Of a stretch of 64,000 bases of DNA, positions 1-9,793 are shown one piece after another; positions within the stretch are counted from its first letter, which is position 1; every line of letters begins with the position of its first letter. The notes under the pieces are model-generated. The model searched no databases and was not told the DNA's origin. It saw only the letters and a program-made list of their open reading frames with translations. Made by a program: the position numbers and the translations under genes. The DNA comes from an uncultured Candidatus Saccharibacteria bacterium. GTDB lineage: Bacteria > Patescibacteriota > Minisyncoccia > Phycocordibacterales > UBA12088. The stretch lies in assembly GCA_964562615.1 (NCBI GenBank), contig CAZLUD010000001.1:327628-391627 (forward strand). Direction: 5' to 3'.

Positions 1-50
1 TCCTAGACGATAGAATCCAGAATCGTATTTTGCGCCCTTCTCTGATATTT

Positions 51-234
51 CTCAATACATAATGCCCTATCGGGCATATCTTTTGTGCGGGAATTTCCGA
101 CCTTGGAAACCTTCGGTTTTCCAACGTTCGCTTTGCTCACTGCCTTCCACCACGGGAGAGAATTCTCTCCCACCGATCTCATTCCGGTATCCCTCAGTAC
201 ATAATGCCCTATCGGGCATATCTTTTGTGCGGGA
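51..234. repeat. tRNA-Gly(TCC) 3' trailer element: 42-bp direct repeat (51-92 / 193-234) plus 13-bp inverted copy of the tRNA 3' end (181-193)
   Basis: ctca(a/g)tacataatgccctatcgggcatatcttttgtgcggga occurs twice with 1 mismatch, period 142 bp; attccggtatccc is the reverse complement of 231-243. Confidence 0.9.
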
Positions 235-298
235 TACCGGAATCGAACCGGTACCTACTGCTTGGAAGGCAGTCATTCTACCACTAAACTAATCCCGC
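228..298 (-). tRNA. tRNA-Gly(TCC), CCA not encoded
   Basis: Reverse complement GCGGGATTAGTTTAGTGGTAGAATGACTGCCTTCCAAGCAGTAGGTACCGGTTCGATTCCGGTATCCCGCA folds as a cloverleaf, anticodon TCC. Confidence 0.97.
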
Positions 299-321
299 AA
301 TTGCAATGTAGATGATTCTAC

Positions 322-367
322 CAAATAACAACAAGTCCCGCCATAGAGCGGGACTTGTTGTTATTTG
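322..367. terminator. 20-bp perfect stem hairpin, likely terminator of the small acidic ORF
   Basis: caaataacaacaagtcccgc / gcgggacttgttgttatttg. Confidence 0.75.
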
Positions 368-370
368 ACC

Positions 371-505
371 TTATTCTGACATGTCTGCATCTTTTTCTTC
401 GACAGTTGCATCTTCTGTCATATCACCCTCTTCCTTCTCTTCTTCTTCCATAGGCACTTCTTGAGCGAACAAATGACTCAGATCAAGTAATTCTAGAGTT
501 TGCAT
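371..505 (-). CDS. small acidic protein, 44 aa (below ORF-track cutoff)
   Basis: Manual translation MQTLELLDLSHLFAQEVPMEEEEKEEGDMTEDATVEEKDADMSE*, followed directly by a hairpin. Confidence 0.6.
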   Translation of the reverse strand: MQTLELLDLSHLFAQEVPMEEEEKEEGDMTEDATVEEKDADMSE

Positions 506-656
506 ATACTTATTCAATTACTCAATATCTATTTGATATTGGGTCTGATAAACGGCTTCGCTAAAGAAGCGAATAAAAATAGTATACACAAAAAATGCCA
601 ACTTTCAATCGAAAGTTGAGTATTTGAGGTTCGCTAATAAGTGATATACTCGGCAT

Positions 657-1889
657 ATGACGTATTCAGCACATCGTGCCGCGCTCCTGTTGCTTAGCCT
701 TTTCTTGTTGGTTGTTTTTGGCCTGCAATCACTATACGCACCAAAAAGGCAATTAACGATTACAACCCCAGCACAAAATGCAACCACCACGCAAGCGGTA
801 GAAGAAACCCCAATGGATAAAGTTACCGCACTCATCAAAGAAGAAATAGCTGCGACAACCACCACACCACTTTCACTACTACCAACAAAAAAAGAAACAG
901 TACCGATAAAAACAAAGAGTGTAGCCACCACCAACGAACAAAAAGAGCCGACAAAAGAAGAGGCTCCCATCACTCCAGCAACACTAAGTAAAACAGTAAC
1001 CGAAACACTCACCCCTCCCCTTCCGGTGGATATATTTCCTGTGTCGTTTTCAAGTATCAACGAAGACGTTCGCGCGTCACTCGTCAATATTCTTTGCGTA
1101 ACTAAATCTGGTGGGCCGCTTATGCCCATCTCAGGATCAGGCATTATTATCGATTCTCGTGGAGTCATACTCACTAATGCACACATTGCTCAGTACTTAC
1201 TGCTCAAAGATTACATTGTAAAAGACTATGTCGAATGCATTATCCGTACCGGATCACCTGCGTATCCGCTCTACACCACAGAGCTACTGTATGTATCAGA
1301 AGCATGGGTACGCGAAAATGCAGTACAAATTGATAGCGAAAATCCCGTAGGTACGGGAGAACATGACTATGCGCTATTGCGAATTACTGGCACGGTTGAT
1401 GGTGATCCTGTTGGGGCTATTTCACACACTCCGGTAGATACAAAAGAGGTAGCGGTTGATGTTGGTTCTGAGGTGCTTGTCGCTGGATATCCAGCAGGCT
1501 TTGTGGGTGGTATTACCATACAAAAGTCTCTGTATCCTGCATCAAGTGTTACGAGCGTACGTGAGGTGTTTACCTTTGCCACCTCTACCGTTGATCTTAT
1601 CTCTGTTGGTGGAAGTATTGTCGCACAAAAAGGCTCTTCTGGTGGCGCGGTAGTGGGAAGAGACGGCAGATTAAAAGGTCTTGTGGTTACCTCAACACAA
1701 GCAGCATCAACCAATGACCGTGATTTGCGGGCTATTACCCTCTCGCATGTAAACAGAGACATCAAACTATCTACCGGCTACTCTCTTGGTGAATTTCTTT
1801 CAAAAAATCTACCTGCTGAGTCACATCGATTTATAACCACCGTCGCCCCTACCCTCACTCGTCTACTTGAAAATGCGCTCAGGGACTAG
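657..1889 (+). CDS. membrane-anchored trypsin-like (S1C-type) serine protease
   Basis: N-terminal TM helix, Thr-rich linker, TNAHI / DYALL / GSSGG catalytic motifs. Confidence 0.88.
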   Translation: MTYSAHRAALLLLSLFLLVVFGLQSLYAPKRQLTITTPAQNATTTQAVEETPMDKVTALIKEEIAATTTTPLSLLPTKKETVPIKTKSVATTNEQKEPTKEEAPITPATLSKTVTETLTPPLPVDIFPVSFSSINEDVRASLVNILCVTKSGGPLMPISGSGIIIDSRGVILTNAHIAQYLLLKDYIVKDYVECIIRTGSPAYPLYTTELLYVSEAWVRENAVQIDSENPVGTGEHDYALLRITGTVDGDPVGAISHTPVDTKEVAVDVGSEVLVAGYPAGFVGGITIQKSLYPASSVTSVREVFTFATSTVDLISVGGSIVAQKGSSGGAVVGRDGRLKGLVVTSTQAASTNDRDLRAITLSHVNRDIKLSTGYSLGEFLSKNLPAESHRFITTVAPTLTRLLENALRD

Positions 1890-2998
1890 CGCGCATCCTC
1901 GCTACGTATAGCAACCTTTTTGATAAAGGCGTGTAGTACCTCACGGTATCTCTCTAGATCGTTAATATCTACCCACTCATCATCACTATGAGCGCCACCA
2001 CCGCGTGGATACACAAGGAGTGAAGGGATGCCATATCGTGCAAAATGACGTGCGTCTGATGCCCCATGAGAGCGAGTCCACCCCATAGTAATACCGTAAA
2101 GGGTGCGGGCAATGCCAGCAAACAACAGCGCTTCTTTGTTGTGTGGTGAAATGCCACATGCCGGCTCATCCATCACAATGTGGTATGAAACTCTTGGGTC
2201 TTTAGCTACTATTGTTTTTATACCCTCTAAGATAGCCTCTCTATCCGCCTCATCAATCACTCGTATATCAGCAGACACCGATGCTCTGTCTGGTACCTGA
2301 TTTACCGCCTCGCCTCCCTCTATGCGAGAAAAGGTTATCGTTGAGTGCCAATGATGTTCATCATCAGTTATAAATGTCGAACCAAATGCACTGATAGCGT
2401 TAATGGTATTGAGTAGTGTTGTTATTGCATTATCTCCTAACCATGGCCGTGATGCGTGTGCTGAAGCGCCAACCACCTCTATACGGATGCGAATCATACC
2501 TTTTGCAAATTCTTCAAAACACCACTCGCCACCCCCATCTGGAATAATTGCGAGGTCGCCTCTATACCCTTCTTTTTCGAGTAACGCACGAACACCATCC
2601 ATACCCCCCACCTCTTCATCTGCGGTAATCATGAGACCGAGGTCATAGTTTGATGCTTCATCTCCAAGGGAGCGCAAAATATCCACATATATAGCGATAG
2701 CAAATTTCATATCAAATACTCCTCGCCCACGTAACACACCCCTCTCTTGTTGCGGATGAAACAGCGATCTTCCCCCTGGTACCACATCGATATGAGCACT
2801 GAGCCAAAGCTTTGGTGACCTAGTAGCTGAGCTAGTTGCCAGCAATGACTCATGCCCGCCAAAGGCATACCGATGCAGATGTAGTGGTATACCACGCAGT
2901 TGTTCTTCAATATAATCATACGCCCTTGCTATCTCGTCATGATTGCCGGTAACCGTATGAAAGGTGATTAGTTTTTTGAGGGTTTCAACTAGGTACAT
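1886..2998 (-). CDS. M20/M25/M40 family metallopeptidase (DapE/ArgE-like)
   Basis: SAHIDVV, GRGVFDMK, ADEEVGG, GAHSDDE motifs. Confidence 0.9.
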   Translation of the reverse strand: MYLVETLKKLITFHTVTGNHDEIARAYDYIEEQLRGIPLHLHRYAFGGHESLLATSSATRSPKLWLSAHIDVVPGGRSLFHPQQERGVLRGRGVFDMKFAIAIYVDILRSLGDEASNYDLGLMITADEEVGGMDGVRALLEKEGYRGDLAIIPDGGGEWCFEEFAKGMIRIRIEVVGASAHASRPWLGDNAITTLLNTINAISAFGSTFITDDEHHWHSTITFSRIEGGEAVNQVPDRASVSADIRVIDEADREAILEGIKTIVAKDPRVSYHIVMDEPACGISPHNKEALLFAGIARTLYGITMGWTRSHGASDARHFARYGIPSLLVYPRGGGAHSDDEWVDINDLERYREVLHAFIKKVAIRSEDAR

Positions 2999-3035
2999 AT
3001 AAGGACTGTAAACTATTTATTACGGTTTGAAAACA

Positions 3036-3063
3036 AAACCACACCCTGTGAGGGGTGTGGTTT
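3036..3063 (-). terminator. intrinsic terminator
   Basis: aaaccacaccc / gggtgtggttt stem with A-tract, just after the stop of 3071-3298. Confidence 0.7.
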
Positions 3064-3070
3064 ACGAACA

Positions 3071-3298
3071 TCAGCAAGTGTTTTTATTTTTGGGACTCAT
3101 GGATGTCAATCTATCGAGTAAAATTCTCATAGCATTTTCTCTATCTGAATGAATTGCTGCTTCAGCAACCGCAGCTGCAGTTGCTGGATTACGAATAACA
3201 AACTGAACAAATGGGACAGCATCTGATCCTCCACCCAAAAGCCTTGAGAACATGTCAAATATAGCAAATTGTGCATGGTCAAGATCTTGTACTTGCAT
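3071..3298 (-). CDS. hypothetical protein, 75 aa
   Basis: ORF with purine-rich SD-like sequence upstream and terminator downstream. Confidence 0.55.
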   Translation of the reverse strand: MQVQDLDHAQFAIFDMFSRLLGGGSDAVPFVQFVIRNPATAAAVAEAAIHSDRENAMRILLDRLTSMSPKNKNTC

Positions 3299-3402
3299 TG
3301 TTGACCCCCTTTCAAAGAACTTCGCGTTTTTGCGACCAAGCCAATTGCGACTTGGAGCGTGTGTCTATGTGCCATGGGCACACACTCCAAAGAACAATTT
3401 GC

Positions 3403-3431
3403 ACAAGAGCCCCTTTTGGAGGGGCTCTTGT
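3403..3431. terminator. GC-rich hairpin
   Basis: acaagagcccct / aggggctcttgt. Confidence 0.6.
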
Positions 3432-3564
3432 TGATGTTTCTTAAGATTTATTTCAACTAAAAGCACCCTCCGTGTTGGAGTGTAATCAGTACGAGGGTAA
3501 TCAGCGCTATTTGCTTCATAAAAATATAGTACCGAAGCAAAAAATACTGTCAAGAATAAAGAGA

Positions 3565-3586
3565 AACGGCGCCCGAAGGCGCCGTT
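3565..3586 (-). terminator. intrinsic terminator
   Basis: aacggcgcc / ggcgccgtt; TTCG loop on the minus strand. Confidence 0.65.
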
Positions 3587-3622
3587 GAAGTGGGGCATTA
3601 TGCCCCGTGATAATACCAAGCA

Positions 3623-3925
3623 CTATTGTCTATCTGGCGGGAGCACAACCGTATGAGCTTCTCTAAAAAGCACCACATCGTCCCTTCCGTCGAGATCGGC
3701 GCCAGATACCCTAGTTCCTGCACGTATATCAATCGTTGGAAAAACTGGTAGCCTTGTACTGGGTGACATCACCTGCCCACCTTCTGTTGGTGGTATTGAT
3801 CTGGTGGAGTGACCTCCTCCACCACTACCCCAACCGATTCGGGGATTTATCCTTGCAGATCCGCCAGGGATTAGCTTCCCCGGGACTGGGGAATCAACGA
3901 AACTGAAACCATTTTTATCAGCCAC
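3623..3925 (-). CDS. hypothetical Gly/Pro-rich protein (GTG start chosen from AAGGAGG site)
   Basis: In frame with ORF 3623-4054; AAGGAGG just upstream of GTG at 3925. Confidence 0.5.
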   Translation of the reverse strand: MADKNGFSFVDSPVPGKLIPGGSARINPRIGWGSGGGGHSTRSIPPTEGGQVMSPSTRLPVFPTIDIRAGTRVSGADLDGRDDVVLFREAHTVVLPPDRQ

Positions 3926-4260
3926 GAAAGCCTCCTTGCGTCGCCAGGGTCGACGCGCTGTTTCCACTATTACCCCCTGGAGTGTGATCACTACGCAATA
4001 ACCACACTTCAGGGGGTAATACCTTAATAACCTCTTATTTTCCTCAAAGAACAATCCATCTATACGACAACCAGCCCCTGTGTGGGGCCGGTTGAATGTT
4101 TTTGATGAAGCAATCTATTACACATCAAACCGGCCCGAATGATTTCCGGCAAACCAGAGCGATGTATATGCAAAAAACTGTTGCATATACACATGCTATC
4201 TCTAGCTATGTTATATGTCAACAAAAAGCGAGCCATGTGGCTCGCATCATCTATGCGCTT

Positions 4261-4494
4261 TTATATGGCGCCTTGTGAGGTGTCTATTCGTATAGTACTC
4301 ACGTTTGGTAATCCTTTGAGCACCTCTCTTAAAGAAGTAATATCCACCTGCTTGTTGCCAGTATAGGCAAAAAAGGGCATTTTTGCTCCTTCAGCAAAAA
4401 GACAAAAGTGACGGCAATCACGAACATTGTTCAGTATTGTTGTGGTGGTGTCTTGAGAATTGTCTTCAATAACCACAAGGAAGCTTTGCATCAT
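4261..4494 (-). CDS. hypothetical protein, ~77 aa
   Basis: In frame with ORF 4261-4518; GCAGGAG upstream of ATG 4494. Confidence 0.5.
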   Translation of the reverse strand: MMQSFLVVIEDNSQDTTTTILNNVRDCRHFCLFAEGAKMPFFAYTGNKQVDITSLREVLKGLPNVSTIRIDTSQGAI

Positions 4495-4560
4495 TTTTAC
4501 TCCTGCTGCCGACAGCATAATACGACAAAAAATACGCTATGCCTACTACCATAAATGAAA

Positions 4561-4608
4561 GAGCGGCCCCAAAGTTGGGGCCGCTCGGAGGGGGTAAAAC
4601 CCCCTCCT
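4561..4608 (-). terminator. tandem hairpins
   Basis: gagcggccccaa / ttggggccgctc, then ggaggggg / ccccctcc. Confidence 0.6.
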
Positions 4609-4628
4609 CGACGTGTGACCTTCGTTGG

Positions 4629-4763
4629 TCAGGCGCTGCCGGTCGAGTGCCTGGCCGACGGGTTGGTGCCGGTGGTGTCGACCCTGCGCGCCGACGGGTC
4701 GGTGCCGAGATTCGCCATGCTGATGACAGAAAACGGAGGATGCTTCGTTCGAGTCATTGCCAT
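4629..4763 (-). CDS. GC-rich 44-aa peptide with repeated GT(D/N)PSAR motif
   Basis: Manual translation MAMTRTKHPPFSVISMANLGTDPSARRVDTTGTNPSARHSTGSA*; TTGACT/TATATT promoter upstream, hairpins downstream. Confidence 0.4.
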   Translation of the reverse strand: MAMTRTKHPPFSVISMANLGTDPSARRVDTTGTNPSARHSTGSA

Positions 4764-4972
4764 TCTCCATGAGCTAGGGTGGGGCTCTATGCCCCAATCC
4801 CATGCCTCAAGTAATATACACCAAACTAAAAATAAGTCAATAGACTGTAAACGAATTTTGCATGAGTTAAAAACCCCTCCAAAAAACCATTATGTGTAGC
4901 TATTTTTTGGAGCCACTCCTACATTTGTTCAAAAAAATCTTTTATTTCGAATTTTTTTATACTTTGAAGGCT

Positions 4973-5767
4973 TTATAGCTCTGCTCCTATCGCAAAAGAG
5001 AATCGGTCTTTAGCACTCTCGCCTTGAACGACGATTTCAACAAATCTATGCCCGTGTATGCCAGAACTGCCTATGATAAGGGCGCTTTCGCCCTTTGGTA
5101 CTGCAGCAAGATGCTCATAGCAGGTAAATGTCCCAAGCTTTGTTTGTACCTGCGCGCCTTCTGTGAAAGAAATTTCTTCTGGAAGAATGGTGGTCTTTGC
5201 ATTGCCAAAGTTATCTATCCACCATACCGCCCTTGGCGCTGTAGGAATTTCTTGTATTGAAATATTCTCTGCAGGAACCGTATTACCTTTTAAGAGATAG
5301 TCGAGCACCCTCGGGGTAAAATCAAAACTTCTAAATTGTGAGCCGATTATTCTGTTTCTCTCCTCTTCAGTTAAAGCACCTACACCCACCATTGCCTCCG
5401 TCACGGTAGGAATATCCATGAGCGCTACAGAATCCGCAAGCCCAAGCTTTTTGATAAGCGAGAGGGTAAGGCCATCAAATGATGATACAACAAGGGTGTT
5501 GTGTACCAAAAAGTGGCAAAACGGCGTGCCGTTTTGCCACTTTTTGCTTCCCTTATGGCGAGGTGCCACATTTACCAATACCGCGCTTGTGTGTGGGGTA
5601 TCACGATACGCATCAAGCACATCAATAAGGTTGCCAGCAGCTGAAAGATCACCGTAATCCCCCACCCCCACCAAAGAAACAGAAGCTCCAGAAAGCGCCG
5701 CGGCGCGAGCTAGCTGTCTTCCTCCTGCATTGTCATCGTGACAATCATTGATAACGGTAATATGCAT
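4973..5767 (-). CDS. SAM hydrolase / SAM-dependent halogenase family (DUF62)
   Basis: VLVNVAPR, FRSFDFTP and WIDNFGNAKT motifs; family-typical size. Confidence 0.8.
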   Translation of the reverse strand: MHITVINDCHDDNAGGRQLARAAALSGASVSLVGVGDYGDLSAAGNLIDVLDAYRDTPHTSAVLVNVAPRHKGSKKWQNGTPFCHFLVHNTLVVSSFDGLTLSLIKKLGLADSVALMDIPTVTEAMVGVGALTEEERNRIIGSQFRSFDFTPRVLDYLLKGNTVPAENISIQEIPTAPRAVWWIDNFGNAKTTILPEEISFTEGAQVQTKLGTFTCYEHLAAVPKGESALIIGSSGIHGHRFVEIVVQGESAKDRFSFAIGAEL

Positions 5768-5855
5768 GGTATGACGATAAATATGTAAACGTCATTTGAG
5801 CATACCCCAGAGCACTAGGCTCGTCTACCCTATACCGTAGGAGTATTATGGCGCT

Positions 5856-6995
5856 TTATAGCGAGAGTATCCCCGGCGTGCTTGTAGCAGTATCGTCTTC
5901 ACTCACTTCCTTATCTATTGATACCTCTTCTACCACTTCAAATACAAGCGCATTGTCGTCTTTTAGAATAGATACAAGCGCTGCGTCCTTAGCAGCAGAT
6001 ATAGAAACACTGAAGATATTCGTTGTATCTTTATCCTCACAATCACCCTCTACTACAGAATCAGTAAGTTGTATGAATATCTCTTCATTATCATTAGTAG
6101 TATGGGTGGTTGCTTCTGCAGCAAGGTCGCACGCACCAACTTCTAGTGATCCAGTATAGTGGTGTATCCCTTCTTCGTATCGATGGGTAACTACCAGCGG
6201 CATAGTGTGCGCTACCACCGCCGTTACCGATTGTGGTATACCTGCGATACGCGATTGTACGGTATCAATGACAGGAGTAAGCGCGGTGGTAGGTACCGCA
6301 TACATTGCAATTTCTGTACCAACATGAGCAGCAACCTTTGCTGATACTTCTGATGAGCCCTCTATAGAAAGCGGTTGAGTATCTACCGCCTTGTTGAGGG
6401 CAAGTACCGCACCTTCTTCTATGATACTGCTCTCGATTGCCATAAGCTCCTCAGAACCTTTAACCAATGCTTGAGCAAATAACGTACTGATGCTGTCAGC
6501 TGCTTCAGGGCTTTCTATCCTTAGCTTTGCTATTTTTTCTGATGCGCGTGATGCAAAAGTATCAATATCAACCGCAAGTGAAGCAAATACCGCCTCAGGA
6601 ATGTTTTTTGAATTGCGAGCGAGTGTAATAGCTTCCTCAAGACGGCGCTCGGCACGACGTATTTCCCACTTTGCTGACGCTTCGTCGCTAAAGGCAAACA
6701 ATAGACGGGCTTCTTCGTTTACATTTACTTTTATTGCATACAAAGAATCTCCTGGAAGCGCGTCTTCTGCCGCATACGAAACACCAGATAGCGCAACAAT
6801 CGCAACCAAAGAAGCTGCCATGACGGGGCGTGTGTGATATGTAATCCAAGAAAATAGCGATGGAGTGGCTACAGCTTTGCTGTGCGTCACCTCAGTGCGT
6901 GGTGGTGTCATGGCAACATACTCACGCAACACATTTTTCATGTGCTCGCGCTCCTCTATTGAGAGGTTAAATTGTTGCGTAGTATTATCCTTCAT
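5856..6995 (-). CDS. DUF5667-like membrane protein, probable anti-sigma factor
   Basis: TM helix then AEDALPGDSLYAIK...AERRLEEA; overlaps the ECF sigma gene. Confidence 0.7.
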   Translation of the reverse strand: MKDNTTQQFNLSIEEREHMKNVLREYVAMTPPRTEVTHSKAVATPSLFSWITYHTRPVMAASLVAIVALSGVSYAAEDALPGDSLYAIKVNVNEEARLLFAFSDEASAKWEIRRAERRLEEAITLARNSKNIPEAVFASLAVDIDTFASRASEKIAKLRIESPEAADSISTLFAQALVKGSEELMAIESSIIEEGAVLALNKAVDTQPLSIEGSSEVSAKVAAHVGTEIAMYAVPTTALTPVIDTVQSRIAGIPQSVTAVVAHTMPLVVTHRYEEGIHHYTGSLEVGACDLAAEATTHTTNDNEEIFIQLTDSVVEGDCEDKDTTNIFSVSISAAKDAALVSILKDDNALVFEVVEEVSIDKEVSEDDTATSTPGILSL

Positions 6996-7533
6996 ATATA
7001 AATTGCTTTTCCGTTGCTACTCGTTTAAGCGCCTTGAGCGCGCGGTGTAGTCGTACTGAAATTACATTTTCACTCTCACCGGTGATGATTGCTATCTCCT
7101 TTGGTGATAGCTCGTCGATAAAGCGCATAGTCACCACCTGCGCGTATTGATCTGGGACATGGGTAAGCAAATCGTATACCTTCTCAGCATCAATACTCCT
7201 TACCGTGTCTTTATGAGAGAGATCAACAAGCTCAGGAAAGTCTCCTTCTTGTACATGATCACTCTCAAGAATTTCGTCTAGTGATGAGGTCTTTTTCTTT
7301 CTGTACTCATCTATGATGAGGTTATTGAGTACTCGATATAAAAATGAACGGTATTCATCAATAACTCCCCCCTCACTTATGAACTTCCACGTTTTCATGA
7401 ACGTATCTTGCACCACATCCTTTGCTCGTTCTCTATCTGAGAGGCGAAATACGGCATGACGAAAAAGTACATCCGAATACTCATCAAATGACGAAATAAA
7501 CCCTTCTTCTGTTACTTTTTTGTTCTCACCCAT
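6985..7533 (-). CDS. ECF RNA polymerase sigma factor
   Basis: Region 2 (AKDVVQDTFMKTW, NLIIDEYRK) and region 4 (LSPKEIA...VISVRLHRA). Confidence 0.93.
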   Translation of the reverse strand: MGENKKVTEEGFISSFDEYSDVLFRHAVFRLSDRERAKDVVQDTFMKTWKFISEGGVIDEYRSFLYRVLNNLIIDEYRKKKTSSLDEILESDHVQEGDFPELVDLSHKDTVRSIDAEKVYDLLTHVPDQYAQVVTMRFIDELSPKEIAIITGESENVISVRLHRALKALKRVATEKQFIYEG

Positions 7534-7584
7534 AATGAAGACGATTGAGGTATGCCTACTCTTTCATACACATCTTTTGGCTTA

Positions 7585-8379
7585 CTATATCCCTAAAAAC
7601 GCCTCTACACCCTTTAGTACCCGTGGTACAAGCAGAGAGCTTACCCCATAGTGACCCCCCTTTTTGTGCGTCACCATGCGTATTCCCATTTCTTTAGCAA
7701 ACTCCTTTACTGGCGCACTTAGTACTACGGTATCATCATCAGCATGAAAGATACACACCTTTTCACTCACAATGAGATTGGTACTGTGTACTGGGTTGTA
7801 AAGGGTACCCTTTTTTAGTTTCTCTACTACATTCTTTGTCCATCTATACCCATTACCAAATGCGTGTACCGCATACGCGTGCATTGCCTCAAATGGTTTG
7901 CTATTTGAGGGATGTGACCAATCTACTACTGGTGATAGTGCTATTACCTTTTCAACTAATGGATGGTGCGATGCCATAAGCACGGCAGGCCCACCAAAAC
8001 TTGCTCCCACAAGATGTATAGAGGCAATTGGGATACGTGTCATTTGCTTACTCCACGAATCCTCAAAACCTTGCTCGATACCAGCAATAACATCAAGCAC
8101 GTCGTGGTGGTGCGACTTCGCAAGAAACACTCCTCCGCTTTCCCAGCATCCTCTGTATCGTGGCTGAAACGCCCAATATCCCTTGTTCGAAAAATATTCG
8201 AGCAGCTCTGGTGCGCCAGGAGTGCTTGGTGCGCCCTTCATTATGATGACCACCTTTCGTGGTGATTGCTTTGGTGGAGTCGCCTTTTTTCCTTGTGCAA
8301 CTGCTTTCATATACGCATACACATCCTTTGGGGGTAGGTATTCTGAGACTATGTCGTGTGAGAAGCGGGTGCGAAACAT
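7585..8379 (-). CDS. alpha/beta hydrolase (S9-like)
   Basis: PRYRGCWES, GASFGG nucleophile elbow, HADDD and GGH. Confidence 0.85.
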   Translation of the reverse strand: MFRTRFSHDIVSEYLPPKDVYAYMKAVAQGKKATPPKQSPRKVVIIMKGAPSTPGAPELLEYFSNKGYWAFQPRYRGCWESGGVFLAKSHHHDVLDVIAGIEQGFEDSWSKQMTRIPIASIHLVGASFGGPAVLMASHHPLVEKVIALSPVVDWSHPSNSKPFEAMHAYAVHAFGNGYRWTKNVVEKLKKGTLYNPVHSTNLIVSEKVCIFHADDDTVVLSAPVKEFAKEMGIRMVTHKKGGHYGVSSLLVPRVLKGVEAFLGI

Positions 8380-8380
8380 A

Positions 8381-9316
8381 TTATATCCACTTGTTCCTCG
8401 CAAAAAGAAATCCAATCACCCCTGCAGATATCATAATAATGGCGATTACCGCCCAAAATGCAAGCGGGTGATCTCGTAATGGCAATGGAACATTCATACC
8501 AAAAAGAGATGACACAATAGTTGGTATGGTAAGCAGGATGGTAAGCGCGGTTAGCGTGCGTACAGTTGTGTTTAATTTAGTAGACATGACTGTCATGTAC
8601 GCGTTTTTAATATTTTGGATTGATTTAAGAAGCGCCTTACCGTTTTCAACTAACTGACTATTGGCAAGCAACATGTCTTCCATTATTTCTTCGTCTTCTT
8701 TAAATAAAGGAAGATGCTTCCCTGCCCTTAATCGTATAAGCGCAATATTGGTAGGAACAAGTGAGCTGATGTAATCGTTTACGGTGTTTTCGTACTTAAC
8801 AAATTGTTCAAGATCCTTGTCGGTAATTTTATCAAGCGGCACCCTACTCTCTCGCACCTCTTTTCTGATGGTAATAAAGGATCGGGTATACTCTGCAGTT
8901 ATCGCGTGCATCACGCTTATAAAAAACTTTGCTTTCTGCGTGGTATACAACTCTATCTTTCTTGTGCCAGCACTAAAGAATAGTTTAAAGAAGGGAGGCT
9001 TTCCAAATGAAGCAGTAAGGACAAAGTCCTCCCCTACCGCAAGAAGAATTGGCTTAGTTATAACTTCACCAGACTTTTCATCTACAGTTGGATATCGAGT
9101 GAAAAGATACGAGACGCTGCCGTGATGCTCGAATCGAGGTACTTCAAAAAAGTCATTGGCATCTTCAAGAAGACCTCTATCTAAGCCGTGCTTATCAACT
9201 AGTTCAGCTATCTCTTTCTCGGTGAGAGTTTCAACATAAATCCACATCCCCACCCGTGGGGTGCTGATTTCTTTTATTTCTTTATCTTTAAGAGTGCGAA
9301 AATAATATGCCAACAT
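8381..9316 (-). CDS. corA: CorA family Mg2+ transporter
   Basis: GMN motif followed by C-terminal TM helix. Confidence 0.92.
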   Translation of the reverse strand: MLAYYFRTLKDKEIKEISTPRVGMWIYVETLTEKEIAELVDKHGLDRGLLEDANDFFEVPRFEHHGSVSYLFTRYPTVDEKSGEVITKPILLAVGEDFVLTASFGKPPFFKLFFSAGTRKIELYTTQKAKFFISVMHAITAEYTRSFITIRKEVRESRVPLDKITDKDLEQFVKYENTVNDYISSLVPTNIALIRLRAGKHLPLFKEDEEIMEDMLLANSQLVENGKALLKSIQNIKNAYMTVMSTKLNTTVRTLTALTILLTIPTIVSSLFGMNVPLPLRDHPLAFWAVIAIIMISAGVIGFLFARNKWI

Positions 9317-9343
9317 ATCGCTGTATGAAGTATCCGTACACCA

Positions 9344-9721
9344 CTATGGTATAAGTACGGCACGAGGGTTTATAAGGTGTACATGAAAATGATCAGGGAT
9401 AGATTTAAATTTTTTTGTCGCTTCGATTACATACTGATAGGTATCAGCAATGTGTGTATGTTTAATCTCAATCAATTCCTCCTTCTCTTCTTGGGTTAGC
9501 CCTCGTTCGTCTATGTGACGAATTGGAATAAGCATGTGGTGTACTTCAGCAATCTTTCCGTACGGGAAGGCATTGATAACTATCCGCCAATGAATAAATG
9601 TGTGAATCGCTGGTTCATCACTACAAAGCGGACATCCAGCATCTACTAGTAGCGACTTACGACGAGCTCTATATGCTTCTTCTACCTCGGGTAGTCTCAG
9701 TGATACTGGTGTATACGACAT
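9344..9721 (-). CDS. HIT family hydrolase
   Basis: CPLC, NAFPY, HFHVHL; start set by TATACT-6nt-ATG. Confidence 0.85.
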   Translation of the reverse strand: MSYTPVSLRLPEVEEAYRARRKSLLVDAGCPLCSDEPAIHTFIHWRIVINAFPYGKIAEVHHMLIPIRHIDERGLTQEEKEELIEIKHTHIADTYQYVIEATKKFKSIPDHFHVHLINPRAVLIP

Positions 9722-9793
9722 AGTCTGAGTATACATCAATGTTGGTAGTAGATAAAAATAGTGGTCTTGTAACGCTTTTATATCAAACAACAC

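Noticed and set aside
62-292. Short ORFs over tRNAs and trailers (62-292, 67-276, 9827-10223, 11130-11363, 61436-61699)
   Set aside because: They overlap tRNA genes and repeat elements and are chance open frames.
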